From the IMG/VR virus record IMGVR_UViG_3300011832_000001, positions 59,867-123,866 of that record: a stretch of 64,000 bases of DNA, one strand, 5' to 3'. Shown here piece by piece: positions 36,370 to 48,207 of this stretch; the stretch's first letter is position 1, and each line of letters starts with the position of its first letter. The DNA comes from a virus (lineage: Duplodnaviria; Caudoviricetes). The notes beneath the pieces were generated by a model that did no database searches, was not told the origin of the DNA, and worked only from the letters and a program-made list of their open reading frames with translations. Position numbers and translations under genes: made by a program.

Positions 36370-39242
36370 AAAGTTATGTATTCACGGCTGTCAATGAGAG
36401 TCTTACAGCCCCTTTATATTCAACTCAAAACGCACTTGAGTTTGCTAGATATATGGAATCAAAAAGAGACTATTTAAATCAAATTGATACAAGGCATCCT
36501 AACCTTGTAGATTTTGAATCATTCGGAAGAGGAATGACTAGGACTTTGCTAGTGGTAAGAGAGGTAGCTAATCCATATTACCTTCAAGCGGGTTTCTATA
36601 CACCTTATCCAAGAAAAGGTAGTGTTTTCTCTAAAATGACACCATCAACGAAATTGCCACAGAACTATATCTCATTCTCAGAAGTAGCAGATTATCTTAT
36701 GGCTCTATGTAAGATTTACAAGAGACATAACGATATTGACACTCTTATGATTATAAATGAGGTTTCAGACTTCTTAGAGAGCTATGCAATTGATACGGTT
36801 GAGACAGCCAATGGGAATGTCTATTTAGCCTATAACAATATGACATTTAATCCAAACGCATCTCTTTGGGAGCAAAACTTATTAGCATCAGGCTATAGCA
36901 CAAGAGATTCCATGAAAGTAGCTTCTGCTCTCCTAGAGTCGTATAGCTTAACAGCAAAGTTCAACTACATTGAAAGAGCTAGAGAACTTATGGATACTCA
37001 AGTGGGTATGATTTTAAATCAATCGTCATTGGTTGAATTTGAAATGCTACCAATTCAAAGTTATTCTGTAGGCGGTTTTCCATCAAATAATAAGTCACTT
37101 GTAGCTGTTAATGGTCTGTACGATACTTTGAATAAATATTTAGGTTATTGGGGGAATGAGGATAGAGTTGGATATAACTCAAACAACTATAATGTTCAAG
37201 AATTCTTCAACCTATTTAATCAATTTGTCTCTGAAAATCACGAACAGTTCGTTCATGCTTCAAGACTTCCTGCAATATCAATAGACTATACAAATGGAAC
37301 TAAGACGATGTTAGGAGCTAGAAGTTTGACTTATGTTTATTCAGAAGATATTTTAGAGACTTTGATTGGTATATCTAAGTGTGATATTGAGCTTAATCTA
37401 GGCTCAGAGGTTCATTCTTCTGTAGGTGAAATCTATTTCTTAGAGTTAGAGAAAATCAGAAAAACAAATAATAATCAGAGTGAAGAAGGAGTTAAGTTTT
37501 ATGATAGAATGTCATACAATCAAGCTTCCGAAACATTCATTAGAGAAAATGACTCGCTAGAAATGGTCGAGCTTTCAGCTCTTTTCTTAGATTACCAAAG
37601 ACTTATTGGTAATATGCAATACTACGATGACTATGTTGTTGATTATATTAGAAGTCATATGATTTTTGATATTGATTTAAATATTGACGGATTACTAAAA
37701 ACAGAGTATAATAATAATGGTGGTCATATCTACTCAATTACAGCGACTGCAAAAGTCCTAAACTCAGGATTGGAATATGTAGTTTTTGAAGAGGGAAGCA
37801 GACTTAACACTATGAAGGTCACAATCTCTGATTTAACTTCGGGTTCATATGACTATGAAACATACTCAGCCTATATTTCAAATCAATATATGACTTCTAA
37901 CTTCTACAATAAAATTGAGACATCATATGAGTCTAATCCTCACTTTGCAGGAAGTAGAACTTCACAAGCAGATTCAACAAGTATTGATAGCTATCAAGAA
38001 TTCTCTCAGGTTTCATACGGTAGAGTATCTACGGAAGACGGATTAGGAGTCGGAGCTAGTACGGCTAATAATTCCGAGAGAGTTCAGTTCATATTCGATA
38101 TGGATTTAAAGTCGCAGATTAATATGGATTACGAAGATTTCTTCATCAATAAAAACTCATATAATCTCCAAATGGCTCATATGAGAGAAGCATTTGATAA
38201 GTTAGAAATCAGAGTCAAAGGAGCTACAAATTCAGATTCATTTAGATTAGGTTTAGTCAATCAACTAGACGGAACAGTAACATGGTTTGATAAAACTTTA
38301 AGTTCTACATTTGATATTGTCCACACTATAACAGAAGAAGGAACAAAGATTACTACTTCTGATTTAAATGGTCAGACAACTTCAAATGATGCAACTAGAA
38401 TGAGAGCTTATTCTGCAACTTCTAGTAATCTTGTTGACCCATCCCAAACAAACGGTAGTTGGATAAATCTTCTAGATACAGACGGTGACATTAATTCATA
38501 CCCTAGATTGTACGCTTTAGACTCTAGCACAATGTATATAGCTACAAGTGACCCAAATGAAGTTATAGCTCAGGTTCAGATTGATTTTGATATTATTGCT
38601 CACTTAGAAGAAAAGTACGGAAATATAGGTACGACTATGAGTGAGAAAATAAATTGGGCTATAAAAAATGTAAAATATGCAAAACTAGAAAGCTACCAAT
38701 GGGGTTCAGGTCAAAAAGGAAGAGGTTCTAGTTTGACATATTGGAATCATAAAACAGGAACATATGTGTCAAATATTTCAAAGAATGTATCTTCTAGCCC
38801 ATCTAAACTTGAAATGTATGTTGACTTACTCAATGCAATAGATGAATCAAATGGAGTAATTAGTTTCTTAGCTTATGCTCCTGTTAGCGGTTCAGATTAT
38901 CAATCTGTCTTGCATATCGACTATGTTAAAACCACTGTAGAGTTAAATTCACTTTTGGAGTCAACTCTATTTCCTTATATCGGAGGAAATGGAAAGCTTA
39001 AAGTTATAGTTCAAAGCTCTGAGCAAACAAGCACACCTATCAACCTATCGATTGACTATTTTGAAACAAGAACACACTTTGAAAAACTACTCATTAAAAA
39101 TACAACTGCATATAAACCAAGAAGTGCATATATCTCAGAAGTGTTTGTCGATAGTAGAAACTTAGACCAATTCATTCAAACTGTTGAAGAATTCAGTCAA
39201 ACAAAAGATTTGACATCATTTGAAAAGTTCGCATTGGATTAA
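36366..39242 (+). CDS. Large 958-aa protein, possibly virion-associated/carbohydrate-binding
   Basis: S/T/N/Y-rich; helical N-half, beta-rich C-half ending in IDY repeats reminiscent of Bacillus phage baseplate/tail fibre C-domains. Confidence 0.45.
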   Translation: MKSYVFTAVNESLTAPLYSTQNALEFARYMESKRDYLNQIDTRHPNLVDFESFGRGMTRTLLVVREVANPYYLQAGFYTPYPRKGSVFSKMTPSTKLPQNYISFSEVADYLMALCKIYKRHNDIDTLMIINEVSDFLESYAIDTVETANGNVYLAYNNMTFNPNASLWEQNLLASGYSTRDSMKVASALLESYSLTAKFNYIERARELMDTQVGMILNQSSLVEFEMLPIQSYSVGGFPSNNKSLVAVNGLYDTLNKYLGYWGNEDRVGYNSNNYNVQEFFNLFNQFVSENHEQFVHASRLPAISIDYTNGTKTMLGARSLTYVYSEDILETLIGISKCDIELNLGSEVHSSVGEIYFLELEKIRKTNNNQSEEGVKFYDRMSYNQASETFIRENDSLEMVELSALFLDYQRLIGNMQYYDDYVVDYIRSHMIFDIDLNIDGLLKTEYNNNGGHIYSITATAKVLNSGLEYVVFEEGSRLNTMKVTISDLTSGSYDYETYSAYISNQYMTSNFYNKIETSYESNPHFAGSRTSQADSTSIDSYQEFSQVSYGRVSTEDGLGVGASTANNSERVQFIFDMDLKSQINMDYEDFFINKNSYNLQMAHMREAFDKLEIRVKGATNSDSFRLGLVNQLDGTVTWFDKTLSSTFDIVHTITEEGTKITTSDLNGQTTSNDATRMRAYSATSSNLVDPSQTNGSWINLLDTDGDINSYPRLYALDSSTMYIATSDPNEVIAQVQIDFDIIAHLEEKYGNIGTTMSEKINWAIKNVKYAKLESYQWGSGQKGRGSSLTYWNHKTGTYVSNISKNVSSSPSKLEMYVDLLNAIDESNGVISFLAYAPVSGSDYQSVLHIDYVKTTVELNSLLESTLFPYIGGNGKLKVIVQSSEQTSTPINLSIDYFETRTHFEKLLIKNTTAYKPRSAYISEVFVDSRNLDQFIQTVEEFSQTKDLTSFEKFALD

Positions 39243-39250
39243 TTAAATTA

Positions 39251-39281
39251 CCCCTCTAGAAATAGAGGGGTTTATTTTTTT
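39251..39281 (+). terminator. Rho-independent terminator
   Basis: CCCCTCTA-GAAA-TAGAGGGG + T-rich tail. Confidence 0.85.
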
Positions 39282-39284
39282 GCC

Positions 39285-40189
39285 TTGACATTCAGCTATA
39301 TATATGTTATAATAAAGGTACATAAGAAAGTAGGTGATTTTTTGGAAAAAATTATTGAAACATTGGCTTATGACATTGCTTTCATTCATACAATTACAGG
39401 TATGGAATTAGAAGATGTCAAAGGTCAAATTGTAACAAGCTTGAAAGAAGAAGATGAAATTGAATTGTCTGAATTGGAGCTTAAGAAATTGGATAAAGAA
39501 ATCGAAAGTGCTTTAGAAGAATTAAAATAAAAAAGGGGCTGAGAAGTTATGTTTTTAAATTGGGTCTTATTGCTTGCCGTTATTACTATGATTAATTTAA
39601 TTTTGGAATACAAATGGTTGAAGCCTTATGGTTCGAAATATGGCTTCTCAGGTAAAACAGTTGAAGAACTAGAAAAAATAAATCAATATTATAATCTAGG
39701 TGGCAAAGTTCAACTAGATGAAGAGAACAGAATGAAGTTAAGAAGATATAATTTAATGAAGGGAAAGGAAGAAGAAAATGTCAGTCGTAAATAATTTTAA
39801 TGATGCAAAAGAGCGAGGTTTGATTGAATTAATTCAGACACTTGAAGATGAGAAGAAAAGTGCTCTAACAGAATCTGAGAAGAAGTTAATCTCGTCAATT
39901 TATGAATTTGCTTTTACTCATGGAGTCCACTCAGGAGTAACTCTTTTAACAGAGGGTGTTTCAGAAACTATTGGGAAAGATGACCATGAAAGTTAAACCC
40001 GATAAAGATATAATGGAAATTGTCAATCTGTATATTCTTGATAATTTTATTGAATATGATGACTTAGATTCCGTTTATGGTATTATGGAAAAGGCTTATA
40101 TTGATGGAATTGTGGCGGTGTTAGAAAATGGTCAACCATTTAGTAGAGATAACAGTCAACAACAAAAAGATAAAGACACTGTGCTATGA
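39285..40189 (+). other. Four small hypothetical CDS (39285-39530, 39549-39794, 39778-39996, 39956-40189)
   Basis: Closely packed or overlapping ORFs behind a SigA promoter; some starts are probably internal. Confidence 0.55.
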
Positions 40190-40276
40190 GCATGAAGGTG
40201 TTATATATTATGGAAACATAAAAAAAGATGACTATCACGGAGAGGTGAAAGTTATAAAAAAGGTGGAGATTGAGAA

Positions 40277-41017
40277 TTGAACTATGAAAAAATGAAGAAA
40301 ATTTTAGAGTCCAACGGAATTAATAATGAAATCGCATTCTATGCTTTATATGGTTCTCAGAATTATGAATTAGATACAGATGACTCTGACAGAGATTATG
40401 TTGTGTATTTATTCCCTACGGGAGATGAATTCATTAATGGTAAGGTTAAGAGTTCAAGTTTAGACTATGATGATGGACAAATCAAGGTTAGAGATGTCAG
40501 AAAACTACCTCAACTAGTTATGAAGCCTTCTATCTCAAATTTAGAGTTGTTAGTATCCAAAGATTCTTACAATGTACCTGCTTTAAATAAACTTTTGAAT
40601 CGAATGAGAAAAGAATTGAAAAATCAAATCTTTTTAAATAGCAAGAGATTTTTAAATAGTTCTGTTGGTGTGTGTAATTCATACATGAAGGTATATCATG
40701 AAGCAAACAGTGAAAAACATTTGTTCAGAGCTTTGTCATTCTACGCTATCGCAAACGTGTCTGTTGCTTTAGCCAATGATAAAAAGGTTAAGTTTGAAGA
40801 TTGCCTAACAGTTATGAATAAAAAGGCGCTAAAGCCAAAAGTGGAATATTATCAAACTTTATCTCTAGATGAAAAAATCAAATTCGCAAATTCGGTAACT
40901 AGTAAGATTGATTTTTTAAAGAGATTGGCTGATGGCTCAAGCGAAGATAAAGAGAATAAAGATTTAGAAGAAGCTCTAAATAAAAGATTACTAAAAGTCT
41001 TGAAGGGTAGACTTTAA
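40277..41017 (+). CDS. Pol-beta superfamily nucleotidyltransferase (RlaP/YcgL-like)
   Basis: YGSQNYELDTDDSDRDY (GS..DxD) motif. Confidence 0.8.
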   Translation: MNYEKMKKILESNGINNEIAFYALYGSQNYELDTDDSDRDYVVYLFPTGDEFINGKVKSSSLDYDDGQIKVRDVRKLPQLVMKPSISNLELLVSKDSYNVPALNKLLNRMRKELKNQIFLNSKRFLNSSVGVCNSYMKVYHEANSEKHLFRALSFYAIANVSVALANDKKVKFEDCLTVMNKKALKPKVEYYQTLSLDEKIKFANSVTSKIDFLKRLADGSSEDKENKDLEEALNKRLLKVLKGRL

Positions 41018-41052
41018 ACAACCCTTCTTAAATTATGAAAGGATTTTTTTAA

Positions 41053-41511
41053 TTGAAAGTTTTAGCAATAGACCAATCAACAACTGTGGTTGGTATATCT
41101 GTGTTGACAGGAGAGGGTTCTGATGATTTAATCTATCATAAAGAATTTAAATTAAATACAAGCGATTCAATCATAGATAGGATAGAAGCCGTATTAAAAG
41201 AATTATCAAAACAAATCAAGGAACATAAACCTGATGTTGTACTCATAGAAGATATACAACTTCAAAGAAACCCACAAACATTCAAGACTTTGGCTTGGTT
41301 ACAGGGTGTACTTATCTATTATTTGAATAGGAAGAGTATAAAACATGAAATAATTGCCCCCTCTAGTTGGAGAAGAAAGAATCAAATTAAAGGGAGAGCT
41401 AGAAAAGAGCAAAAGGTAAATGCAATTATTTTTGTTCAGAATCATTATGGTATTAAATTGACAGAAGATGTAGCAGAATCTATTTTATTGGGAAGGAGTT
41501 TTTATTTATGA
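41053..41511 (+). CDS. RuvC-like Holliday junction resolvase
   Basis: LAIDQST, VLIEDI, PSSWR, EDVAESIL. Confidence 0.85.
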   Translation: MKVLAIDQSTTVVGISVLTGEGSDDLIYHKEFKLNTSDSIIDRIEAVLKELSKQIKEHKPDVVLIEDIQLQRNPQTFKTLAWLQGVLIYYLNRKSIKHEIIAPSSWRRKNQIKGRARKEQKVNAIIFVQNHYGIKLTEDVAESILLGRSFYL

Positions 41512-42174
41512 AGTATTCAAGATGTTCAAACTATGATTGTCCATTACGTGATGGATGTCAGTTATTTTTGAATTACTTGGAGGATGCTCAAGAGAAGGAA
41601 AAGGATGAGGTTGTTTTAGCTCCTAATTTAAAATATGAATGTGAGCATAACAATTTTGCGATGTATGAAAAAGAAGAGGAGAATGATTAATTTGAATTTA
41701 AAAGAACACTTAGAAGCTCAGAATAAAAGCTATGCAGAGATGATTCGATTAATGAGTGAGATGATTTTACAAAATACACAAATCATTGAACACGCTAAGA
41801 ATCAGGAGAAAGCACAAGCAGAAGAGCCATCTGAATAAGGAGAATTTAAAATGGATTCAAAATTAGCTAGGAAAATTGCTGTTGAGAATTACAAGCAAAA
41901 ATATGACAAAACGGTTGATTGGCATGAATCCACTTTCCGTAAAAGTTTTGAGTCAGCTCTCTCAAAATCAATTACAAATGGGGATTTATTCTTTACTGTG
42001 AGTCATACGATATTGGAGGAATCTTATAAATTAGACTTGCCTAAATATAAAGGCATTTCTATGGCTTTGTCTCATTTTAAGAATTTGGGATATACAATAA
42101 CAAGCTTTGAATTTAAATATGACGAATCAGATGGAAATGAAAGAAAGATTTTAATATATGGTTTTGAGATATGA
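41508..42174 (+). other. Three small hypothetical CDS (41508-41690 Cys-rich, 41635-41838, 41851-42174)
   Basis: RBS-preceded, coupled ORFs. Confidence 0.55.
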
Positions 42175-42201
42175 TGGCTGTAATTTTAAATATATCTCTC
42201 A

Positions 42202-42564
42202 TTGTTATTATTTTTTATTTGGAGTTTAGAATTGGAGCACTTTCTAAATTGGACAAAAGAAAAATCAAATGAAGTCGGTTTTGTATATTTTGTGAAAGTC
42301 GGAAGATACACCAAAATAGGGAGAACTAAGAACCCTAAAAGAAGAATGAGAGAGCTGAAAGTAAAAGAAGAAGATGTTATTATGATTTTTATGATTCCAA
42401 AGTACAAAAGCTTTGAGAGATATTGTCATGCTATGTTTAGGGATTGCAGGTTTAAGAATGATATATCAACTGAATATTTCCTCATAGATGAGAATAGAAT
42501 CTATCGATTTTACAAGATGTACAAGAACTATACGATAAGCATTAGTGCTATTATGGGGAGCTGA
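42202..42564 (+). CDS. GIY-YIG (T5orf172/MUG113-like) nuclease domain protein
   Basis: GFVYFV...KIGRTKNPKRRMREL...ERYCH...TEYF. Confidence 0.8.
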   Translation: MLLFFIWSLELEHFLNWTKEKSNEVGFVYFVKVGRYTKIGRTKNPKRRMRELKVKEEDVIMIFMIPKYKSFERYCHAMFRDCRFKNDISTEYFLIDENRIYRFYKMYKNYTISISAIMGS

Positions 42565-42634
42565 AAAGTTCCCCAATTTTTTTGTTGACTTTTTTAGATA
42601 AATAGTATATAATTTAATTAAGGAGGAGATAATT

Positions 42635-44377
42635 ATGCGTGACCCGAAAAGAATTAATGAAATAATAGATTTAATAGCTGACATTTGGTATGAGTTTCCT
42701 GATTTGAGATTCAATCAATTGATGCATCATTTGCAAGTGGAATACTCCCGTGAAAATATGTCAAAAATTGAGGTTTATGAAAAAATTGAACTTGTAAATG
42801 GTTCTATTATTGAGATGCCAAGTTATAAGTATGATTTATTCAATGTTGAGGATGATGAATGGATTAAATTTCTTATTGACTTTGAAAAAAATCTATGATA
42901 TAATTAAAACATAGGGAGATGATAATATGTTGATTGAAAAACGATATTTAAATTCTTATTCTGAACAGGATGATGGCATTCACATTTCTTACACATCTGA
43001 GTATGGCGGAGAGAAATATGAATATAATCTTGTGTTAAAAAGTTTCGATGATTTAGACTCATTGATTCATGCTATGGGTATTAAACTATGATTTACATTA
43101 TATTGTATTTCATAGTTTATACTTTACTAATGTCTGCTTTTTTGATTGTGTATATTAGTGATAGAATCGGTATTTTTCTTCGAAGAGGTAAGATGAAGAA
43201 AGATGTAGAAATTGGTTTGGCGATAGAAAGGATTCTCAATAATGAAATTGAAACAATTAATGGGAAAGTTATTGAAAAGAAAAGTTAAGTATATCAAGCT
43301 ACCACCTAGAAAGTGAGGTAAGACATGAAAGAGTTTATTGTTGTTATGCAAAATCTTAAAAATCAGTTCATCAATATTCAAGTTGTTGCTGAATCAAAAG
43401 AATTAGCAGTAGAAGATAGAAAAGTAAAAGTAGAACTAAAAATGGGTTCTAGGCTCATTTCCGTATCAGAGATTAAGGAGTGATTAATATGCTTAACACT
43501 CTCTTTATTATGATTTTTGCGCTTGGAGCATATATCATAAGTCAAATGATAAAGTTTCACAAGTCAAATAATCAAAAGTAAAGGAGATGTTAGATATGAA
43601 ATTATCTAGGATTAAAAGAAAAATTGAAAAATATCATTTTTGGTATAAAGTTTTAAAGAATGATGAAGATTGGGATTATGGCTATCTATTGATGATGATT
43701 GACAAAAAACTTGAAAGAATGGTTAAATCTCAATTGTCTCATTCATTTGGCTCTAAAGTTTACGCATATCAAATGTGCAAGGTTAGAGTATTAATTCAAG
43801 AAGCTCTAAAACATGAGAACGAAGATGTAGAGCAAGAATATATGGATAAAATATTTGATGCAATCAAAAAAGATATTCTACATTGGTGGGATTAATAGGA
43901 GGAATAAAATGATTATTCTAGCAAGCAAAATTGGAGACTCTTATTTTAAACAAGAGCATAAAGTTGTTGTCAATACATTAAGTAGTATCAACACCTATCT
44001 AATCAAACGTGAAGAAAAAGGATTTAAAAATATGTTCATTTCATATTATCTAACAGAGAGTCAAGTTAACATTATTGAGAATGCTTTGTTAAATGCAGGT
44101 TATCAAGTAAAGACAACAAAAGGGAAAATTGTAAAAGATGATAAGATGAGTGTTCAATTTCATTTAGATTGGAGCAAAGCTAATGTTAAGACACGTTTTC
44201 CTGATTCTAAGCTCTAAGATGTACAGACACCTAAGACGTGTCTTAGTGCATTTAAAAGCTCGTGAAAGATATATTGAAGTTCATGGTAGTGATGAAGACT
44301 ACTTGACAGCTCGTGAACACAGAATTGAAATTGAAGAACGCATGAGGGAAATGCGTGAAGGGAGAAGATTTTTCTAA
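42635..44377 (+). other. Run of small hypothetical CDS (42635-42898, 43088-43288, 43587-43895, 43855-44217, 44183-44377 and <60-aa ORFs)
   Basis: RBS and SigA promoters; MRDPKRI-type phage protein at 42635; DEDWDYGYLL-type phage protein at 43587. Confidence 0.55.
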
Positions 44378-44937
44378 TGGAGTGGCTTATCAGCGATTTG
44401 CACTTTTGCCATAAAAATATCTTACAATTCGAACCACCACGTAATCACTTTAATTCAGTAGAAGAAATGAATGAAGAGATTATTAAAAATTGGAACGATA
44501 CAGTCCTTCCACAAGACACCGTTTGGTTCTTAGGTGATATTGGGATTGGAAATGAAGCACAAATTATAGAACTAGCAAGTCGATTGAATGGTAAGATTAA
44601 TTTCATTCATGGAAATCACGATAATAGTAAATTGGTGAAGGGTCTTAAAAAAATTGGTTGGAAAGATAATGGATATATGATTCGTTGGAAAGCAAATAGA
44701 TGTATTTTGTACCTCTCGCATTTTCCTATGGACATTGGAGAGCGACCAAACCAATTCAGCATTCACGGTCATATTCACTCAAATGAATCACGACTTTTGA
44801 ATCAAATTAATGTATGTACTGACAGTGACTTGTTTAGTACAAAATTGGGAGAACCTGTTTTGTTAAAGGATGTTCTCGATTTAGTCGAAGTTCGCAGACA
44901 GATGATTATAGACAAGAAAAATTCAGAGAGTGCTTGA
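44377..44937 (+). CDS. Calcineurin-like metallophosphoesterase (small phage type)
   Basis: SDLHFCH, LGD, GNHD, SHFP, HGHIH. Confidence 0.88.
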   Translation: MEWLISDLHFCHKNILQFEPPRNHFNSVEEMNEEIIKNWNDTVLPQDTVWFLGDIGIGNEAQIIELASRLNGKINFIHGNHDNSKLVKGLKKIGWKDNGYMIRWKANRCILYLSHFPMDIGERPNQFSIHGHIHSNESRLLNQINVCTDSDLFSTKLGEPVLLKDVLDLVEVRRQMIIDKKNSESA

Positions 44938-44991
44938 CAGGTGCTCTCTTTTATTGTATAATTAAAGTATAAAATATAAGGAGGAGATTTT

Positions 44992-45348
44992 ATGTCTCGT
45001 AATTTTTACCAAACAAACCTAGATGCAAATATGAAAATTCTTTCTAAAGAAGAATTAAAAGAAAAAGATTTGATTTTCATCGACAGTGATTTATTTAATG
45101 ATTATACTGATTCGGTTTATCAAGTTAAAAAAATTGATGGTTTCAACATCCTATTAAAACCAAAGAAAAATAAAAATGAGTCAGATATTAATCACTTCGT
45201 AAACCATATTCGAAAAGTTAAAGATGACGATAGTGGTGTTTTCTATGTCTCTACTTGGTTGGATTATCTGCGTGGCAAACGAAAAGCTTTTCATCTTTGT
45301 GAGACTTTACAATACGCACATAAAACAGAATGGAAGTTTCCTAAATAA
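44992..45348 (+). CDS. Hypothetical protein
   Basis: SigA promoter and AGGAGG RBS. Confidence 0.6.
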   Translation: MSRNFYQTNLDANMKILSKEELKEKDLIFIDSDLFNDYTDSVYQVKKIDGFNILLKPKKNKNESDINHFVNHIRKVKDDDSGVFYVSTWLDYLRGKRKAFHLCETLQYAHKTEWKFPK

Positions 45349-45788
45349 TGAAAGTATTAGTAGCAGGAAGTAGAAGCTTCAAAGACTACGATTTGCTGAC
45401 GAAAGTTTTAGATGAGTGTTATATTGAAGAAATAGTCAGTGGAGAAGCTAACGGAGCAGACAAATTAGGCTCAAAATACGGCTTAGAAAATGGAATTAAG
45501 GTAACACCATTCATTCCTGATTGGGAGGGCTTAGGAAGGCGAGCAGGATACGAGAGAAACGTTTTAATGGCTAACTATCTAGACAAAGAAAGAGATATTG
45601 CAATTGTATTTTGGGATGGTAAATCAAATGGTTCTAAGCACATGATTGATATTTGCAATAAAAAAGGAATTAAAGTAAAAGTCTATTTATTTCAGCTAGA
45701 AACTTGTAAGCACATCAATAAAGATGTAGATGATTTTGACATTGCTTTCTGCATTGATTGCGGTCAGGAAATTGAGGAGGAATATTAA
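45348..45788 (+). CDS. SLOG family (YspA/DUF2493-like) protein
   Basis: VAGSRSF, VSGEANGAD, AGYERN, FWDGKSNGS. Confidence 0.85.
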   Translation: MKVLVAGSRSFKDYDLLTKVLDECYIEEIVSGEANGADKLGSKYGLENGIKVTPFIPDWEGLGRRAGYERNVLMANYLDKERDIAIVFWDGKSNGSKHMIDICNKKGIKVKVYLFQLETCKHINKDVDDFDIAFCIDCGQEIEEEY

Positions 45789-45923
45789 TGGATAAAAATA
45801 AATTAAAAGAAGAATTAGAAATGAAATTAATTCTTCTAAAGTCTGAAAGAGATTTTGCTAAATTGGCATATGAGACAGTTGAAGAAAAGATTATTTTGTT
45901 AGAGGAGTTTATGCGATTGGAGT

Positions 45924-46944
45924 ATGGTGCTGATGAATGAATTTAAAAAGCGATTACGTGATGTGAAAGAAATTTTATTTAGTAACGAACTTGGTTCATT
46001 CCTAATTGTTGCTTCTTTTGTATTACTCTTAGTGTGGTTGTCAGAAACATTTAAATTGATTTCATTGTTTTTCTCCGCTTTATTTATTTTATTTGTATTA
46101 TTTGTCTTCTTCTATGTAATCTATAATGTGTTGAAATTCATCTATTGGCTATTCATTGAACCATTCATTAAAAAATAAATACCTATTGACAGGTATTTAT
46201 TTTTTTGTTATACTTAAGATAACATAAAACAAGGAGGATTTAAAATGAACACAGAATTTGTAAAGGAAGCATTAGTGCGAAAGATTGCAGTAACAATTGA
46301 GGATATTTTAGAAGAAGGTGCTAGCTCTAAAACCCTATTCACATCAGAACTAGAGGAGTTTGATGGATTAGGTCTAGTGGAATCTGTTCGATTGATTGAG
46401 GAAGCTACTCGTGACTATCGTGAATATCACAAATTAAATATGCAACACGTCAATTACTCTATTGAGATTAAAAATACAAACAATGGGTCACTCAAACTAG
46501 ATTTCTACGCAGGAGTGTATTAATATGTATATAGCGATAATCGTCTTACTGATTTTTATTATTATTGAGTTATGTTTTGAGCTTGCCGTTAAGAATAGTG
46601 AAACTAAAACTTTAGATTATAAAGCAGATGGAGCTAAGAAAGAATTGGTTGAATTAAAGTCAAAATACAAAGAGATTCTAAAAAACTCAAAAGGAAATCA
46701 AAACTTTGTAAAATTGGTAAATGATGATGTGGAAACTATAGTTAAAGCTCTTTATCGTGAATACTCAATTCGTCTTGAATTCTGTTTTTTAAAAATTGGA
46801 AAATGTGAAACAGAGGAAGAGGAAGAAAGAAACTCACTAGAAATTTCAAATCTAAATGAATCATTGAATGAGCTTATTGATTTCCGTGATAACATTAGAC
46901 TACAAGTTAAAAAAATTAAACAATTAGAGGATGATAATTCTTGA
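45924..46944 (+). other. Three hypothetical CDS (45924-46178 membrane, 46245-46523, 46525-46944 membrane-anchored coiled coil)
   Basis: ORF packing, hydrophobic segments. Confidence 0.55.
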
Positions 46945-47366
46945 TATATAAAGAAATAAGAGCTGATATTTTTGAGCAAGATAGGAATGATACTTATTTT
47001 GCTCATTGTATCGGAGCTGATGCTCTAATGGGTAGAGGAATAGCTATTGATATGAGGGCTGAGTTCGGATTGGTTGATTTGACATTTGAAGCAGATAGAA
47101 AGCCGTTTGAAGTAGGCAGTTGTGTCGAATACAACAACGTATTGAATTTAGTTACAAAGAAAAGTTCATATGGGAAACCAACATATATAACTATGCACGA
47201 TGCTTTAACTTCTATGAAGCATAATGTAATCAGAAAGAATATTAAAAAGGTATATATGCCTAGAATTGGTTCAGGTCTAGATAGATTGGATTGGTCAGAG
47301 GTTTCTAGAATGATTAAAGAGATATTCAATGATGTTGACATTGAGATTATAGTGTGTTATATTTAA
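46941..47366 (+). CDS. Macrodomain ADP-ribosylhydrolase (TARG1/DarG-like)
   Basis: AHCIGADALMGRGIA, NLVTK, MPRIGSGLDRLDW. Confidence 0.88.
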   Translation: MIYKEIRADIFEQDRNDTYFAHCIGADALMGRGIAIDMRAEFGLVDLTFEADRKPFEVGSCVEYNNVLNLVTKKSSYGKPTYITMHDALTSMKHNVIRKNIKKVYMPRIGSGLDRLDWSEVSRMIKEIFNDVDIEIIVCYI

Positions 47367-47380
47367 AAGGAGGATTTTAA

Positions 47381-47641
47381 ATGAAAAGATATTTAATTTT
47401 TGGATTTGGGTCATATGACGCAGGTGGCGGAATGAATGATTTAATGTTTGAATTTGATGATGTCAATGAAATGAAAAAGACCATTAAAGAAATAGATGAT
47501 AGTTTTGAAATTAGCGGTTTTCGTGAATTCAATCATTACAATGTATTAGATACGAAAACAGGTGAGGTATTTGGCAATGATAACCACTCACTAGAAGAAA
47601 TTGTTGAAATTATTCAGATACACGAGGAGAAATCTAAATGA
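47381..47641 (+). CDS. Hypothetical protein
   Basis: MKRYLIFG..YDAGGGMND phage motif. Confidence 0.6.
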   Translation: MKRYLIFGFGSYDAGGGMNDLMFEFDDVNEMKKTIKEIDDSFEISGFREFNHYNVLDTKTGEVFGNDNHSLEEIVEIIQIHEEKSK

Positions 47642-48117
47642 AAATTACAGATGAGTATGTTTTCTTTTTCACATATAAAGACTTTTTATCAAATTTTTAT
47701 CCATGTAATTTCACTTATCGTGGATTTATGTTTGATAACTCAGAGAAAGCTATCATGTGGTCTAAGGCAATGCACTTTGGAGCTGTTGAAGTTGCTAATC
47801 AAATCCTTCAAGCTCCAAACCCTAAGGAAGCAAAGCGCTTAGGTCGCAGTCGTCAGATTCCATTTGTAGAATCTGAGTGGGAGCAAGTTCGTGAGAAGAT
47901 TTTCTTAGATGTTCTACGAGCCAAGTTTAGCACACCACATATGAAACAAAAGCTATTAGATACAGGATACCGCAAACTAGTAGAAGCAAGTCCATATGAC
48001 GAGATTTGGGGAGTAGGTCTTTCTGAAAATGACCCTCGAATTTTTGATGAGCAAGAATGGAAGGGCTTAAACCTACTAGGAAAGCTGTTAATGCAAGTAA
48101 GAGATGAAATTAAGTGA
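47638..48117 (+). CDS. NADAR (YbiA-like) family protein
   Basis: LSNFYP, AKRLGR, LVEASPYDEIWGVGL, GLNLLGKLLMQVR. Confidence 0.92.
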   Translation: MKITDEYVFFFTYKDFLSNFYPCNFTYRGFMFDNSEKAIMWSKAMHFGAVEVANQILQAPNPKEAKRLGRSRQIPFVESEWEQVREKIFLDVLRAKFSTPHMKQKLLDTGYRKLVEASPYDEIWGVGLSENDPRIFDEQEWKGLNLLGKLLMQVRDEIK

Positions 48118-48207
48118 TTTTTCTAAGTATATAGGTATTAGAAATAAATTACAAGAGCTTAAAACGCAAATATGAAGCCGTTTTTTGTAGTAAAAAGGAT
48201 GATTTAA

